Assembly: GCF_033153115.1 (NCBI RefSeq)
Contig: NW_026889779.1
Span: forward strand, 8,432,001 to 8,496,000
DNA from: Saccostrea echinata
Lineage: Eukaryota
Direction: 5' to 3'
Length of the DNA: 64,000 nucleotides
Shown: in pieces, positions 25,694-39,357 of the stretch
Layout of the letters: each line of letters begins with the position of its first letter
How positions within the stretch are numbered: position 1 is the first letter of the stretch
Notes under the pieces: generated by a model
What the model was told of the DNA's origin: nothing
Databases searched by the model: none
The model's input: the letters and a program-made list of their open reading frames with translations, nothing else
Program-made: the position numbers and the translations under genes

Positions 25694-28600
25694 AATAAAT
25701 GTAAATTATCAAAACCTTACCTTATAAAATTTAAAAGTCACAAGTGAAATTAAACTGCCCAGGGTATTTTTTGCAAAATAGGTCAAGAATAAAGGTCAAG
25801 TGGACTGTAATGCTGGTATTTTTTATAATGTTTTTTGACAAACATTGCACATGCTTAATGGCATAGTTTTACCTCTCAAATGTCAAAAATATGCCGTATA
25901 TTGGCATTATGAATAATTTTGAAAAATAAGTCAAAGGTAAAAGGTCACGAGGTCGGTAACAATGGTAATTTACTCTCCAACATGCGTTTGCGTACATGTA
26001 AGATATATAAGTTTCCGGATATGAATTATAGTACCTAAAATAAGTAATAAATTTGTGAAGAAAGGGTTCAAGAAGAATTGAATTCTGTTTTGAATATCAT
26101 ACAGTTGCAAATGACACAATGATTTTTTTTTTTGCAGTTCACATTTATTGATAAATATCATCGGCATTATCACGTGACAAAGATTTAGAGGGTATCAGCA
26201 CGTGAAGTCTGTACGTCCTATTGTTGTCAACATTCAGACATTCATAATTAAAAAGGAGGACTGCACTTAAGGAAATGCGAAATTTGCGACAAAATAAACT
26301 TTCAAAACAAACATTTTTCTTTCATTGCAATAATGGTCAACATCCAATCTACAACTTTATGTAATTACATTTAATAGAAGTGTGTATTTACGAAGTTCGA
26401 ATCTGTTTTCAAAGGCAGGGGTCATCACAATTTCTTCAATCTCCGTTCGATAATGAGGACGCCCACTTTTTTATTGACTTTATACATAGTCAGCGCATGT
26501 TTGTCTATTGTTCTACGTTTAACAGTAGTTGTATATTTGCATAAATAACAATGTGTCAAAAGGAGATTAATAGACAAACATGCGCTCGTGGTTAAAAAGA
26601 GAAAAAACTGCTTCTTCTTACATTCGCTCTCTGTGTTGTAACCATAGATTGTGACTTGTTGAATATTAAAATTCACCACGTGATTTCTTACCTCAGGTAA
26701 CTTTGTGAATACTAAATTCCGTCACGTGACTTGTAAGGTGGCATGCTTTGTGCTAACTAGGACATTGTGTTCGAAAACGTTAAGTCATCTGGCATTGATA
26801 TAAAATCTACTTTAATCACATTGACGTGCTCATATTGTTAATTTCGTTTTGAAACATTTGTCAGAAGTGTATTTGTTCCATACAGGATGGAGAGAGAGAT
26901 TGGAAAGAGTGATCACGTTCTTTTTTTCCAAACATGTCATTGTTATTTATCAAGTCTAATTTTAGACCCATTCTTACAATGTTAGCTCCACCTCTCATGC
27001 ATATCTAATGTTCAATCAAGGGCAGGTAAATGTAAATTCACTATATTTGGAAAGCAGTAAGGACAAAAAACATTGAATCATTTTATTGTATCACAGTCTA
27101 AAATCATTTTAAGATTTAAATTTGGTTCCAAATTTACAGGATTCTTTCATACACATACAAAAGTGAAATAAGGTTTAGATATATTAGCAACAGAAGCAAC
27201 CGAAAAGGACCCCAAAACAGGCGTTTAGTGCAGTCATCCTTTTAGATATTTATTGCATTAGTCTTTAAATCAAATAATTTGATTAAAATACTGTACATTC
27301 CTATCCTTTATCTCGGTGCGATTTTTATATCTATGAATTTATTTATTTTGATTAATATTTAATTGATCACTGAAAATTAAAATATAAAAATGCACAGAAA
27401 AGTAAGGCAACTGTACAGTTTGCAATAAAAATGTATCATAAACTTTTTGAACTTTGATCTTTATTTCTTTTGGTCTCTTTCTTGCGGAAATACTTTAAAA
27501 CGCTAAATATATTTTTGTGGCCGATTTGATGCTTTTCATCAATTCAACTTGTATACACATGTTGAGCTTTGAAGCAATATTTGTGTATTTCTAATGAGCT
27601 TTTGTAAATTGTTCGAAATATCTGGGATGCATGATGTACGTGTATATAATTCTCAATTTCCTTACAACTAACTCTGCACACCCAGGCCTGTATAATTATG
27701 TTTTCCTTTGATTCTACTTTATGGATCCTGGCAGTAATTTTTATATCGGTTTCATTTTAACACAGAAAAAAACCTCATCAAACGTCCTGGTTCAGATATA
27801 ATAAAGGCTTTCTAACAAGGTTAATTCTGTAAAATAAAAGATAATCGTATATAATGGATTATACGGCATTCAATGTAAGAGATAACGAAAATTTCTCTTC
27901 AAGCGCGATGTTAATTCTATATATCACAAGTATTGTACGCACTAGTTACAGTTTTATACCTTGATGTTCTTATAATAAACTAAAATTATCATCTGGAACC
28001 TGCGGGGTTTGATTAAGCTAAAAATGCTTTTCAAAATTTCTTTCAGAAAGTATTTTATGAATAATAATACTGCAGCTTTTATTTAAAGCACCTTTTATTT
28101 TTACACATGAACTTAATGTATAACTATAAACAAGACAATTTCGAAAAAATTGAAGGGAAACATACTGCTTACAAAGACAAGCGATCGTAAAAAGTTATGT
28201 TTGGAAAAAGGGGGCCCTCCCCCCCCCCCCCCCCCCTCGGCCTTCCAATGAACATTTTCAATAGTTAAAAGTTATGTTAGGGAAAAAATGGGGGGAAGGG
28301 GACCCCCCCCCCCCATGCTTCGTGCCTGACATATCTCGTGACAAATTAGCTACAATTAAATCATTTTTCTTCAAATACGTGTATTTGTCGGAAAGATAAG
28401 AATAATGTATTTTTAAGGTACAGTGGGTCTTTGCTCTATGTTTTTGTTAACCGATTTACGCATATTTTCTGTGTAATCTTATAATTTTTTAAAAATGGAG
28501 CAAAGAGCCACTCATATGGAAAAATTGTGATATAGTATGAAAAAGTGTTCAGTTTTTCCTTCTTTTATGCTTCTTCATTGACGAATAATTTCAGTCTTTG

Positions 28601-29895
28601 TGAGATTGTTGCAAATTGTGGAGATTTTACAATAAGTCTACGTAAATGTTAACTGAAATATCAATGAAAATTTTGTTATAATTGAGATTTGATTTTTCCA
28701 TTTCTTACTTGTAGCACAATAGGCATTTCGCTCGCCTTGTTCGACCATCTTCTTTTATTATACACCACACACACACATACACACACAAACACACACATTT
28801 TGACTTGTTTTTTTTTTTTTTATTTGTTTATTTTGTGTTTCCCTGGCCATCTATCACCTCTTAGTAAGTTTGAGACTAAAAAGGCAAAAGCTACATACTA
28901 CAAAATGGTTCCACAAAAAAATGTTAAGTACTCACGATAACTGAGAGTTTTAGACCTTGGAAAGATAAGTGTTTCTTAGTCACAATGATACGTCCTTTCA
29001 TTAAAAGACCAAAATTACGAAAATAAAAGATCAAATGCACGTCTACATATTTTGTCGTGTTCCAACATTGTTATGGACTCATCGTGCACACGCATACCAG
29101 CGCTTTACTATAACCCCCGTCAGCTTTATTGCAAGGGGATAAGTAGTGGGTAATAACGACAAGATTACTAGCTATGTATAGTACAAAGTTTCAAAAAATT
29201 TATTACTTTCTGGAAAATATACATGTATGACAGTCAGGTACAAGTTTGAATGGAAACAAAGGACATTGATTTTTTTAACACTGATTTTCTATCAAAATAA
29301 TTAGAAGTAACATATTCATTTGCATCACATGGCACTGTTTTGGTGAAGCATGGGGAGACAACAAACCAATTGCAATTAAACCAACAAACCAATTAAATTT
29401 GAAAAGTTGACGGGAAGATCAGATCTCCTCCAAGCTCCACGCATTTCCTCACGTTTGAATACATTCTGACAAGTTATGTGTTTCTGGGGTTTCTGATGTA
29501 ATCTTAAACATAACAAATTATGAAGACAGTTTTTGGATGCACTTTATTACAAACGCCGGTACATTTCTGTTTTCAAGATAATATATTTTACACATGTAGT
29601 TAAACCTGGCCTAAAACGTCAGGACAAATCTGTCACGACGAATATTACGCATTGGAAAGATAATTTCAGAGATATTTCTTTTCAATATAAATTATGTATT
29701 CTGTTTGACAACAAACAGAAGTAAGGATCTTTGTTGGGGCCGTTGAAAAGCAAACTAAACCAATGTTTTCTCTCATTATCAAACACTAGACAAAGACCCG
29801 CGCAAGCGCTGAAAATAAAATTGATCCCAATGTAATACTATTTTTTCAAGTCGTTTGTACTCTCAATTTTATAATTTAAGTAATTTCACACATAA

Positions 29896-30719
29896 CAGGC
29901 GCGTAGCCAGAATGGAAGTGAGGTGTACGCAGAGAACGACAGGGGGTCGGGGGGGGGGTCCAGTTTTACAAATCAACATTTAATAAAAACATTACCAAAC
30001 TACTATGATTTAATTAACTAATGCTACAACAAAAATTTAACGGTTAGGTATTGAAATAAGTAGGGAACAACCCCCCTTTCCGATACTACGTGCCTGCTTG
30101 TGAGGGCCCAGAAGCTCCCGAGTTTTAATTACGAAATTTTTCATCCATTTTCTTGCAAAATGAAAATTATGCCATTTAGCTTTTGTTTAGAAAATAAAAG
30201 TCATGGTAATATTTATTGTCTTAACGCAAAGTTAAAACTTCAATGGAAACTTATTGTACATGTAGTTTAGGATAAACATTTAAACGATATAATGGTATCA
30301 AGTACTCTTTTTTCAAAAACACGTATATTAAATATTAACAAATCATTAATAAGAAATATCGTATTTTAAATCATATACTAGTAGTTCCTAGCATTCAACG
30401 ATGTGTTTGAAATTTAATTTCTCAAAGATCTTTCTAAAAAAATATTAATGTATTAAAGAACACTTACAAATTAATGAATGGTTTATTTGGATTTGGCAAT
30501 GATTTAATAAAGAACTTCAAATTTTAATATAGAGTCATGATAATACAAAATTCAAATCGAAACAGTATGACACAAAATAATTTAAAACAGGAATGTTTGT
30601 TGGATGGTACTGAAATTTCTTCGAACACACACACACTCTCTCTCTCTCTCTTACATAGATTTTTTTTCGGAAAATGATGTGTACGCACTTGCGTATTTGC
30701 GTAGGCAGCTACGCGCCTG
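29896..30719. mobile_element. Non-autonomous DNA transposon, TIR CAGGCGCGTAGC, perfect 5-bp TSD CATAA
   Basis: CATAA|CAGGCGCGTAGC ... GCTACGCGCCTG|CATAA. Confidence 0.82.
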
Positions 30720-31827
30720 CATAAGAAATTTATTTAAATTACTATTACTTCTTGCTAATCAAAATCATGGAATAATTCTAAAACCAACAATTACAGATGT
30801 AGATATTGGACCAGACTATACTTTTTTTTACTTTAAGTCTTACGGTTTCGTACGAAAGCTCATTGAGCTCATTTTCGTACGTGAAACAGAAAAATTCGTG
30901 TTTTTTCGCGAATAAACAGGAACCTATCGCGTTATAACGTGCAACTTTCACGAAAAAAAAAAACCGCGTAACTATTTCTTTCTTTCTCTTTCTCTATATA
31001 ATATATATGAATATTTGTGCTCGTCTAGCGGGTTTCAATTCTTTTGGGTGTACTTGTTTAATTTTTTTTTAATAAAATGTCAATGTCTAATTAAATCACT
31101 GGGTAAATATTCATCAACATCGTCACAACATGGCGCACTTCTGTTAATAACGCCATTTTGGTCCAAAATGATCAGTTTCTGTCCTCAACAAACACCGATA
31201 ATCACCGAAAGTAACACAACATGCTGCTTTTATACTCTTATTGTGAACGGAATGTAGTATCCCCTCGAAACGACGAGGTGGCCAAGCTACCCTTTCTTTA
31301 AACATGAATTGGTTGGCAATATATTCAAATTCGACTGATTTTATTCACAAAAAATATATGCGCAAACTTATGAAAATGAAATATGATTATAAGTAATATA
31401 AAAGTGATAATAAACCAATGCCTTTTCACCACGATATTCGATCAATAAGTGTCAAACCCACTAAGAAGTTTCCATGAAGTCCTAAATTAATGCTTCTTCG
31501 AAAGCATATGCTTTCTAGCGAAATACATGTATATAAAAATGCCAATTTAAACAGAACAGGCATAACCACACCACCTTTCAATCGCCTAGAAGATACACCC
31601 TAATCATAACAGAGTATACATCCTACATGTGTGGTTATATCCGGTGAAATTGAAACTATTCCACTCATTATTGAGGCATGAAGAGAATTTACTTAAACAT
31701 TTGATCAACATTGATTATCAGCTACGTACAGATTTGAAACGCAGGAATTCATGTAATTAATCCATGAACTGATAATTCAAAACATCATGTTAACTTAAAA
31801 CGCTTCACAAAAAGTAAGTGGTAAAAC

Positions 31828-31898
31828 CATTCAGCAAACCTTGGATGATTCCGTCGCCCTGATAGATGAGGTACGAGTCGGCCGAAGTTTGCTAAATG
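31828..31898. mobile_element. Very short (71-bp) foldback element flanked by a 10-bp direct repeat
   Basis: GTGGTAAAAC|CATTCAGCAAACCTTGG...CCGAAGTTTGCTAAATG|GTGGTAAAAC. Confidence 0.75.
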
Positions 31899-32631
31899 GT
31901 GGTAAAACTAGACGAAGGCAACACCGTTTCCGGAAAAATAAAACACAACAAATATTTGGAACTATCTCTTCTCTCCTCCCTCTCTCTTTTAGCGAATCCA
32001 AAGGGGAGTGCAATCCCCGTAACCCCCTCTAGATCCACCACTGTTGTGGATTGTATTTGCTGCCAAAATCATTATATCGACCATAGATTTTGCAAAATGA
32101 TGATTTAAATGAGACTACTGATATTCTTGTTTCATCAACTTGTTTGTCAATAGCTTGCCTCGTTTTAGAATTTTTTCGTACATATAGCATGTTCTTGTGC
32201 ATCGAAGAAACTATTGATAATTGATAATACGTCGTCGATATATATCTAAATGACGAGTTTATAGCCACAGCAAGTGTTTTCTTCTGCACGTGTACATGTA
32301 TAAGATTTTGAAAAAAAAAAGTCTGCTTAATATGAAAACAAAAATAGGTCTGCTAATAACAGGGCGCAATAGGTACCCATGGGAATTCCGACAGAATGTT
32401 GGAAGACCTGGTCTCCATAAACTACATAGAAACTCAAGCTTCTTTTTAATGCCAACTCCAGAGTACTTGTGTGTAGCAATCAGAAAGTTTTTTAACAAAA
32501 TAATGTTGAAAATGACTGTAGTGAAACAAACTTTTCACTCTGATTAAATCATAAAACTTTTTTACATATGAATGTGATGGAAGAAATTAATTGCATATTT
32601 CATAAATGATGAGATTGAAAAATAAACATTT

Positions 32632-32906
32632 CAGGCCCGTAGGAAGCAATTTCGTTTCGTCCATACCCAGTTATGGTCACGGGATTTAACCCATGTATAA
32701 AGTGATTGAAGAAACGATGTTTGACGTACAGGTATTATATTCTTGAAGGATAAAATATGCAAAAACTTGTTCACACCCAATCCTATGGTTCCATATAGGA
32801 AACTTAGGAATATAAATGGACCGATTATTAGATGAAAACTCATGAAATGCAGCGAAATTCATAGATTTGTACACATGGTGGGCCCCTCATGCTTACTACG
32901 TACCTT
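32632..32906. mobile_element. MITE with CAGGCCCGTAG end, probable 5-bp TSD
   Basis: Starts CAGGCCCGTAGGAAGCAATTTC like the element at 8660. Degenerate right end CTACGTACCTT. Flanks CATTT/AATTT. Confidence 0.6.
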
Positions 32907-35040
32907 AATTTTAAAAGGCATGCTTTGTAAATACCACTGAAACATGGTTTATTTTATTTACGAAATATATCACGAGTGTAAGAATCTAAAAGCTAGCGGC
33001 GCGAAACGAGCTCAATTAACGAACGTGTAACAACAGAGAAAATTCGAATTGAAATTTTTATGTGAAACATTCCCAGAATTCCTTCGCTACCGGGTTTCCA
33101 TGAGACTTTTAGATTCCATACGTGTACGGGTACGTCTAGTAGGGGAATTCCCTAAATTCCTCGCGTATTACGTCATCGGTTTTAGTGATGACAAGTTTTC
33201 TACAACTTGTAGATAGGCAACTACACGTAAGTGTAAAATCTACATGTAAGTGTTAACTTGCTTTTATAATAAAAATTAATATTAATTTATATATGAAAAC
33301 ATAATTGTTGTACATTATTTAGGATGTTTAGTCTCATGAGCACTTATTTTTACCAATTTTTTTTTATTTATTAACTAAAGTAAAACTGATGTCACAAAAT
33401 TACTAAACAGATGAAACAGAGGCACCGATCATAATGTACACGTTCTTGTTAATTACATGTTAAAGTATATGTACAAGTACACGCACGCATATAAGTTTAA
33501 GATCTTAGCCTCTCTAATGGCTAATGTAACAGACCCGCAGTTATCGTGAAGATTTAATTCTTGCAGATAGCTTAAAAGAAACCAAAAACATCTACTCTAC
33601 AATGCCTTTCGTAAAAAAAAAAAACTGCACTGGGCCTTTTAATGACATTGGATTTTATCATGTTCATAAGTAAAATAAATATATAATATAAACTTATTGA
33701 AAACACTTTTCAGTCGGCCCAATTTAATTGGGTTGGTCGCGTTGGGGGAAAAAATAGTATTTTCTATTTTGAACCAATCAATGCCTTATATGTCCACACA
33801 TTTTGAGATGTATTCTGTATCAAGGCAAAGATCTAGTATGATTGCTCTGCTGAGCTTTATTTTGAGAATATGAAAAGAGCTGGAAGTCTTCACATCTTCA
33901 CACTTTATCCACAGGTATAAGTACATGTATGTTATTACAAAACATGTGTGACACATGCTGTTAGTTGTGTTGTGCAAGGTGTTTAGAAACATACAAGCAG
34001 ACTCGGATTTTATATCAGTACTGTAGATATTTTTTCTTATTCTGCACGATATAAAATTTGATTTAGATTTTAATTATGAATACGGTATTATATTTTTTGA
34101 ATATATATGAGAGACAATCCCTTGATAATGGTGTTTTAAAATCATGACATTTTTTCTAATTATTCAAACATATTAAATTGAAATTCTAAAAATCAAATAT
34201 ATAAAAGATAAAATCTATCTAATAGAGAAAACAGTAACTTTACTTGGAATGAGACAGCCTGTTGAGATCGTAATAGATAGATTACTATCAGCACGGTAAA
34301 CGAGGTTTAATGTGTTTTGGGTTTATTTTTTGCAATTACTGTGCCATTGAGCCGTCTTCCAAACCATCCTATGTGGCATCAAGCCGTTAAGATTGTTTAT
34401 TTGGTTTAGCGTTGTTTACATTAGGTCTCAATCTATCTGTTTGGATACAAGTTGATTTATCTGAAAAGAAGTAATTACTATCAACAAAACGTTTAACACA
34501 GGTCCTATAAAATAGCGCAGAGAAGCCAAATTAAGCAATATGTGGACCTAAGATTACTGGTGAAGAAATGAAGGACGAATTAAAGAAAATTGCCACATTA
34601 CTAATTTATTAATAAATTCAATCAATCCGAATGTGAAAACATATTCTATTTTCATAGCTTTCTGTCAATAGAATTCCACAAGAATTTGCCTTTTGTAATG
34701 CATTGCTAAATCGATTCATTGACCCGAATCCTTGTTTAGGAAAAAAACAATACTGAACTAAACTGACGAAAAGAGTGAAAATGTCTCCACAAAACCCTCC
34801 CACCTCCTCCCTCGAAAATAATAAAATACTCAAAATAAAATAATAAAGTACTCATATCAAAGGCAAGAAGTTTTGCCAAGAAAGGCAACTTAAGACACTT
34901 TAAAAGATACATTAGTCAATGAATACAGAAATTGTACAAAGAGTAGCGGTTTGCTTCATTCAAATTCAAAAGATCTTAATTAGTAATACACGCATTTTAT
35001 ATGCAAATCACTTGGAATTTATTTCTTTACATTAAAAAAA

Positions 35041-35207
35041 CAGTCAAACCACGTTATCTTGAACTCATCGAGACCGAGAAAAACCTTCCGAGATCCATAA
35101 GAATCGAGATAAATTGGTTAAAATACATAAAGAAAAGGTTATCAGTATTTCCAACTTATATTCATGGTATTCGAGATATCGAAACTCGAGATAACGAAGT
35201 TCAACTG
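35041..35207. mobile_element. pogo/Tigger-like (Tc1/mariner superfamily) MITE
   Basis: CAGTCAAACCACGTTATCTTGA ... TCGAGATAACGAAGTTCAACTG. TA TSD is degenerate. Confidence 0.65.
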
Positions 35208-37039
35208 TGTATTTATTTTCTCTTATAGGTGGTTTCGCAAATTTTCAAAGTGTGCTGGTAAATTTTTGAAAAAGGAGTCTTTTATGTTAAAGAAGATTTT
35301 ACAGAAAATCCAGAAAATTCTTGAAATGGTGAAAAAATCATCTCTCGGACAGTAGAAAAATAGAAATATATTTATATACCATATTATTTTTCAACATTCA
35401 AACATTTAATTAAATAAAAAGATATCTGGCTTTCTCTGTTATTCTCGATTCTTGACATTGAATATTAAATCCCGATGAATCAAATTTACACGTCCTTTAG
35501 TTCCTTAAAGAAGTAAATTTCAATGTTTCAAAACCTAACGGATAATCTGGCAGTGCAATAGCTCAAACTAATTGTCTGGCTTTGGTATTTTTTGGTAGAA
35601 AATATGAAATGATGGATGTGTCCCAGCCTCATGGAGACTACATCATGAGTAAAGTGTTATGTATGTTCCTGGACTGTCATTCGTTCACACGTCCTCCGCC
35701 GCGCCATTCCCCATTGTTGTCACATTAACTCTCGTGTCCTCAAAAACAGTCCTTGGTAGAATCAAGCAGTGACAATTGTTGTGTTAATTCTGCTGTGTGT
35801 TACATAATTTATATCCCACATGTTGTTTAAATAGAGGGGTGTACAGCTCTTTCGGCTTGTCCTCAGTCAATTTTTCTTCTAATTGTTTTTTCTTTATCGA
35901 GTTGATTTAACCTTCTCATCAATACACATTGTCATGCGTCACAATTTGTACAAATAAAAGACAGAAATATTTTTACTGGTCATCGTGAGCAATAAATTAA
36001 AGGGTGAACACTTTTAAATAACTGCAAACTTCGTGTAAAATTTCAGAGCCGAAAAATTTCAATAAAAAAAAACTGATTTTCCTTCTTGATTATTATTCTG
36101 TAGATTTGCTCGGAATCTTATTATTTTGGCTGAACACGAAAACAAACCAAACATTATTTTTGTCGACACGTGACGTATACTAGTACCAGAATCGTGAACT
36201 TCAATTTCTTGATCTATACTTAGAGAGACCCTGTTGTCTGGTTTCTAACCTTTATTTATTTTTTTGGACAGAAGCATACACTAGGCATAATGAACGATTG
36301 GCAAATTTATATGAAACACTCATATATGCAAGAAAGTACAACTATAGGTATGTACGTCAATTCCAGATATAGTTGTTATTAATAATTTCTGAATTTTATT
36401 CTTTGTTTATAACAATGTCTTTAAGAGAAGTACATTTATTTTACCACCATTATTTAAACATTTCTTTGCATTGCTCTGATGTTCGTCTTTCATTATGAGA
36501 ATTTAATTCCATTTTTTTTTTCAATTTGGATTTAATACAGATAATAGTCTATATCTTGCTTTCTAAAGATTCTTTGTATGTAATCTGCCAGCTAAAAAAA
36601 AAATCATTAATCAAACGTATCATGCAACTTTTTCTTGAAAATGAAACGTGTATTAAATGGAGGTGAAATTATTCTCGCCGTTCAACATCTATGAAAATAT
36701 TGCAAAGGAGAACCACCTTGTCTTCCCGGGAGACGACCTTTAAAAGATCAGACGTATAAATTTACAGCTATGCAGTCTGCTTTATTCGGTTTGTAGCTAA
36801 ACTAAAACAATTAAATGTAATGAGGTGATACATTTTCAAACAAACTTCAAAACCCGCTAATGACGAAAAAAAAAATTCAAAAAAATAACATTGTAGCCAG
36901 TGAGATTTCTTTGTGATTAAAACAAGGGCTTCTTATCTTTCTTTAATTCAAAACACAAGTTTAACTGTAAAGCAATTTTGAAACATTCATTAGGATATAC
37001 AACGAAAAAAATACCAATTGCTACGGAAACTGTCGGTCA

Positions 37040-37600
37040 CAACCTTACGCGAAAAATTTGGATGGATGCCTTTTCCAAAATTGTGAATTTCATGGCCCCT
37101 GGGTCAGGGATTCTGGTGTTAAGGCGGGGTTCTAATGATTATATAGTGAAAATGCATTGATTCTTTGAAAATCTTCTCCTCTGCTCCTGGTATTAAGGAA
37201 ACAAACTAAATGCAGAATTATGCTGAAGTACGGTGCCTCTTCCAAAATTGTGAATGTGGCCCGTGGATCAGGGGTTCCGTGGAGGGGGTATTTTATACAT
37301 ACTGAAAATAAATTAATGTTCTTTTGCTCTGGGGTATAAAGCAAACAAACTAAATGCATAGTTATGATGAGCAAGGTTGCCTCTTCCAAAATTGGGAATT
37401 TCATGGCCCCTGAATAAGGGGTTCTGGTATCTAGACAGGGATCTATGGAGTAAACAGCAGAAATGTATTTAATACTTTGAAAATCTTCTCCTCTGCCCCT
37501 GAGTATTAAGCAAACAGACTAATTGGAGTAATATAAATATATTTGTTTAAATATAAATAAAAGTAAATGTGCTTTTTCTCTGTTCCTGAGTATCTAGGAG
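37040..37600. repeat. About 3 degenerate monomers of an oyster Cg170/HindIII-like satellite (HINE core repeat)
   Basis: TCCAAAATTG(T/G)GAAT recurs at 37074, 37241 and 37385 (spacing 167 and 144), together with TGAAAATCTTCTCCTCTGC and CAAACTAAATGCA. Confidence 0.75.
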
Positions 37601-37684
37601 GCAGAGTAAAAAATTGTAATAAGTGAAGCAAATGAGAGTTACTTCCCTTTGCTGAATTGTGTTTAAATGAGAATATAAGAAAGA

Positions 37685-37687
<3 letters not shown>

Positions 37688-37769
<82 letters not shown>
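37688..37769. repeat. (TA)n microsatellite, 82 bp
   Basis: Directly visible. Confidence 0.97.
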
Positions 37770-37778
<9 letters not shown>

Positions 37779-38074
37779 CAAAAATGAATTTTTGGTTTAA
37801 ACGAGCAAATCATGCTCAAAGTCGAATTCTTCTTGGCAAGCAATACAAAAGATTGACATAAAGATTATTTATGTAGCAAAGGGCCAGTTGTACTTAATAT
37901 GTGTATACTGGGGTGTCCTGTTTAAAAGAAATAGTTATGGTCAGGTTAATTCATGGAGGTCAGAGTTTTAGATTGTTAGAGTCTGTTTGAAGTTGCGAGT
38001 GCTCGTAGCAAGTATTACCAAGTTTATTGTATAGCCAAGAGGCAAGTGTTGGTACCAATGGTTGCAAATGAAGG

Positions 38075-38225
38075 GTGAGGCCCTTCATTTGAACAAACTT
38101 GAATTCCTTTTACCCAAGGATGCTTTGTGGCAAGCCAGTGGTTCTTGAGAAGAAGTCGAAAATGTGAAAAATTCACGGATGACAGACGGACTCTGGACAC
38201 CATGATCAGAAAAGCTCACATGAAT
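38075..38225 (+). mobile_element. HINE 3' fragment
   Basis: TTTGAACAAACTTGAAT..., GGTTCTTGAGAAGAAG, GACAGACGGAC, TGATCAGAAAAGCTCAC. Related to 40281-41350 and 60640-60915. Confidence 0.65.
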
Positions 38226-38501
38226 ATCCCGCTGAGACCCCCTAATATATACTGTAGCTAAATTTAATCAGATGACATTGATTCTTAACCGTTTTAGGTC
38301 ACCTGATTTAATCAACATCCACGAGACAAAGTGCATACTAGCAATAGCAAGAAAGGAGATCTCAACTTAAGGGGTTTAGGATGGAACTGTATATACCCAA
38401 TTGATTCAGGTACGGTTTGACTACATGCAGATTAAAGTTGGGTGGGCTTTGTGCAGTGTGTATTAATTATGCATTGTCCACGAACTTTATGGACAACCCT
38501 C

Positions 38502-38502
<1 letters not shown>

Positions 38503-38583
<81 letters not shown>
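38503..38583. repeat. (TA)n microsatellite, 81 bp (left flank of MITE)
   Basis: Directly visible. Confidence 0.97.
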
Positions 38584-38586
<3 letters not shown>

Positions 38587-39354
38587 GGATGGCAATTTGT
38601 AATCGGTTAACCGGTTACTCGGTCGGAACGATGGTAATCGGTTAGAAAATCTGTAATCGGTTAGTCGGAAAAAAATTAATGTATTAATTTAATACAATTT
38701 CCAGAAAATTCAATGTGAAAAATACAAATAAAATTTTCTGAAATGTTAGCATGTTCACCTATCTATTTAAGTTGATTCGGAGATAATTAAGCTCTCCAGA
38801 TCGACATCGCTTGGGGTAATTGGTCACCTGTCGAGTCGTTAATTGCTGTCTAAACACATATGTCGTTACCCTGTCTTGTGTTTCTTTTATGATTTTAATT
38901 AAATGATCGTAGACTTCTGTGAACTAAGTATAATGTATACCTTACCCCCTTTATCCTTTGCAGTTACCTATCAAATTATATTCTAAAACAAACATCGTAA
39001 GATAAGCGATAATTCAGACTTAATTTTAATTATGGTGAAAATGCAGACTGAACTTCCGTGACATCTTTTCTGAAATTTATTTTAATGCATCTGCAACCTC
39101 AGGATGCTTCTTGAGTTTCTTAATTTTTTTCTTTCCTTTTTCCTTTTTTATTCCCATTAAAATTGAAATACAATATATGCTATGCAGTATTCTGATTATA
39201 TATAAATATTAGCATAATATTACTACATGAACATCTTTATAGTCTTTCTTATTTGAGTGTAGCTATGTCGAGAATTTTTGATACGATTTACCGACTAATC
39301 GGTCGGAACGTCTTGCGGTTAACCGATTGGCAATTCTGTATTCGATTGCCATCC

Positions 39355-39357
<3 letters not shown>
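38584..39357. mobile_element. Complete 774-bp hAT-like MITE inserted in (TA)n
   Basis: 13-bp TIR TAGGGATGGCAAT/ATTGCCATCCCTA, resembling the Ac/Ds terminus TAGGGATG. Subterminal AATCGGTT/AACCG repeats. Flanks are compatible with an 8-bp ATATATAT TSD. Confidence 0.88.

Noticed and set aside
25775-25785. RORE-like AAAATAGGTCA near the E-box cluster
   Set aside because: Lies in AGGTCA-rich sequence that looks HINE-derived, so it was not counted as regulatory evidence.
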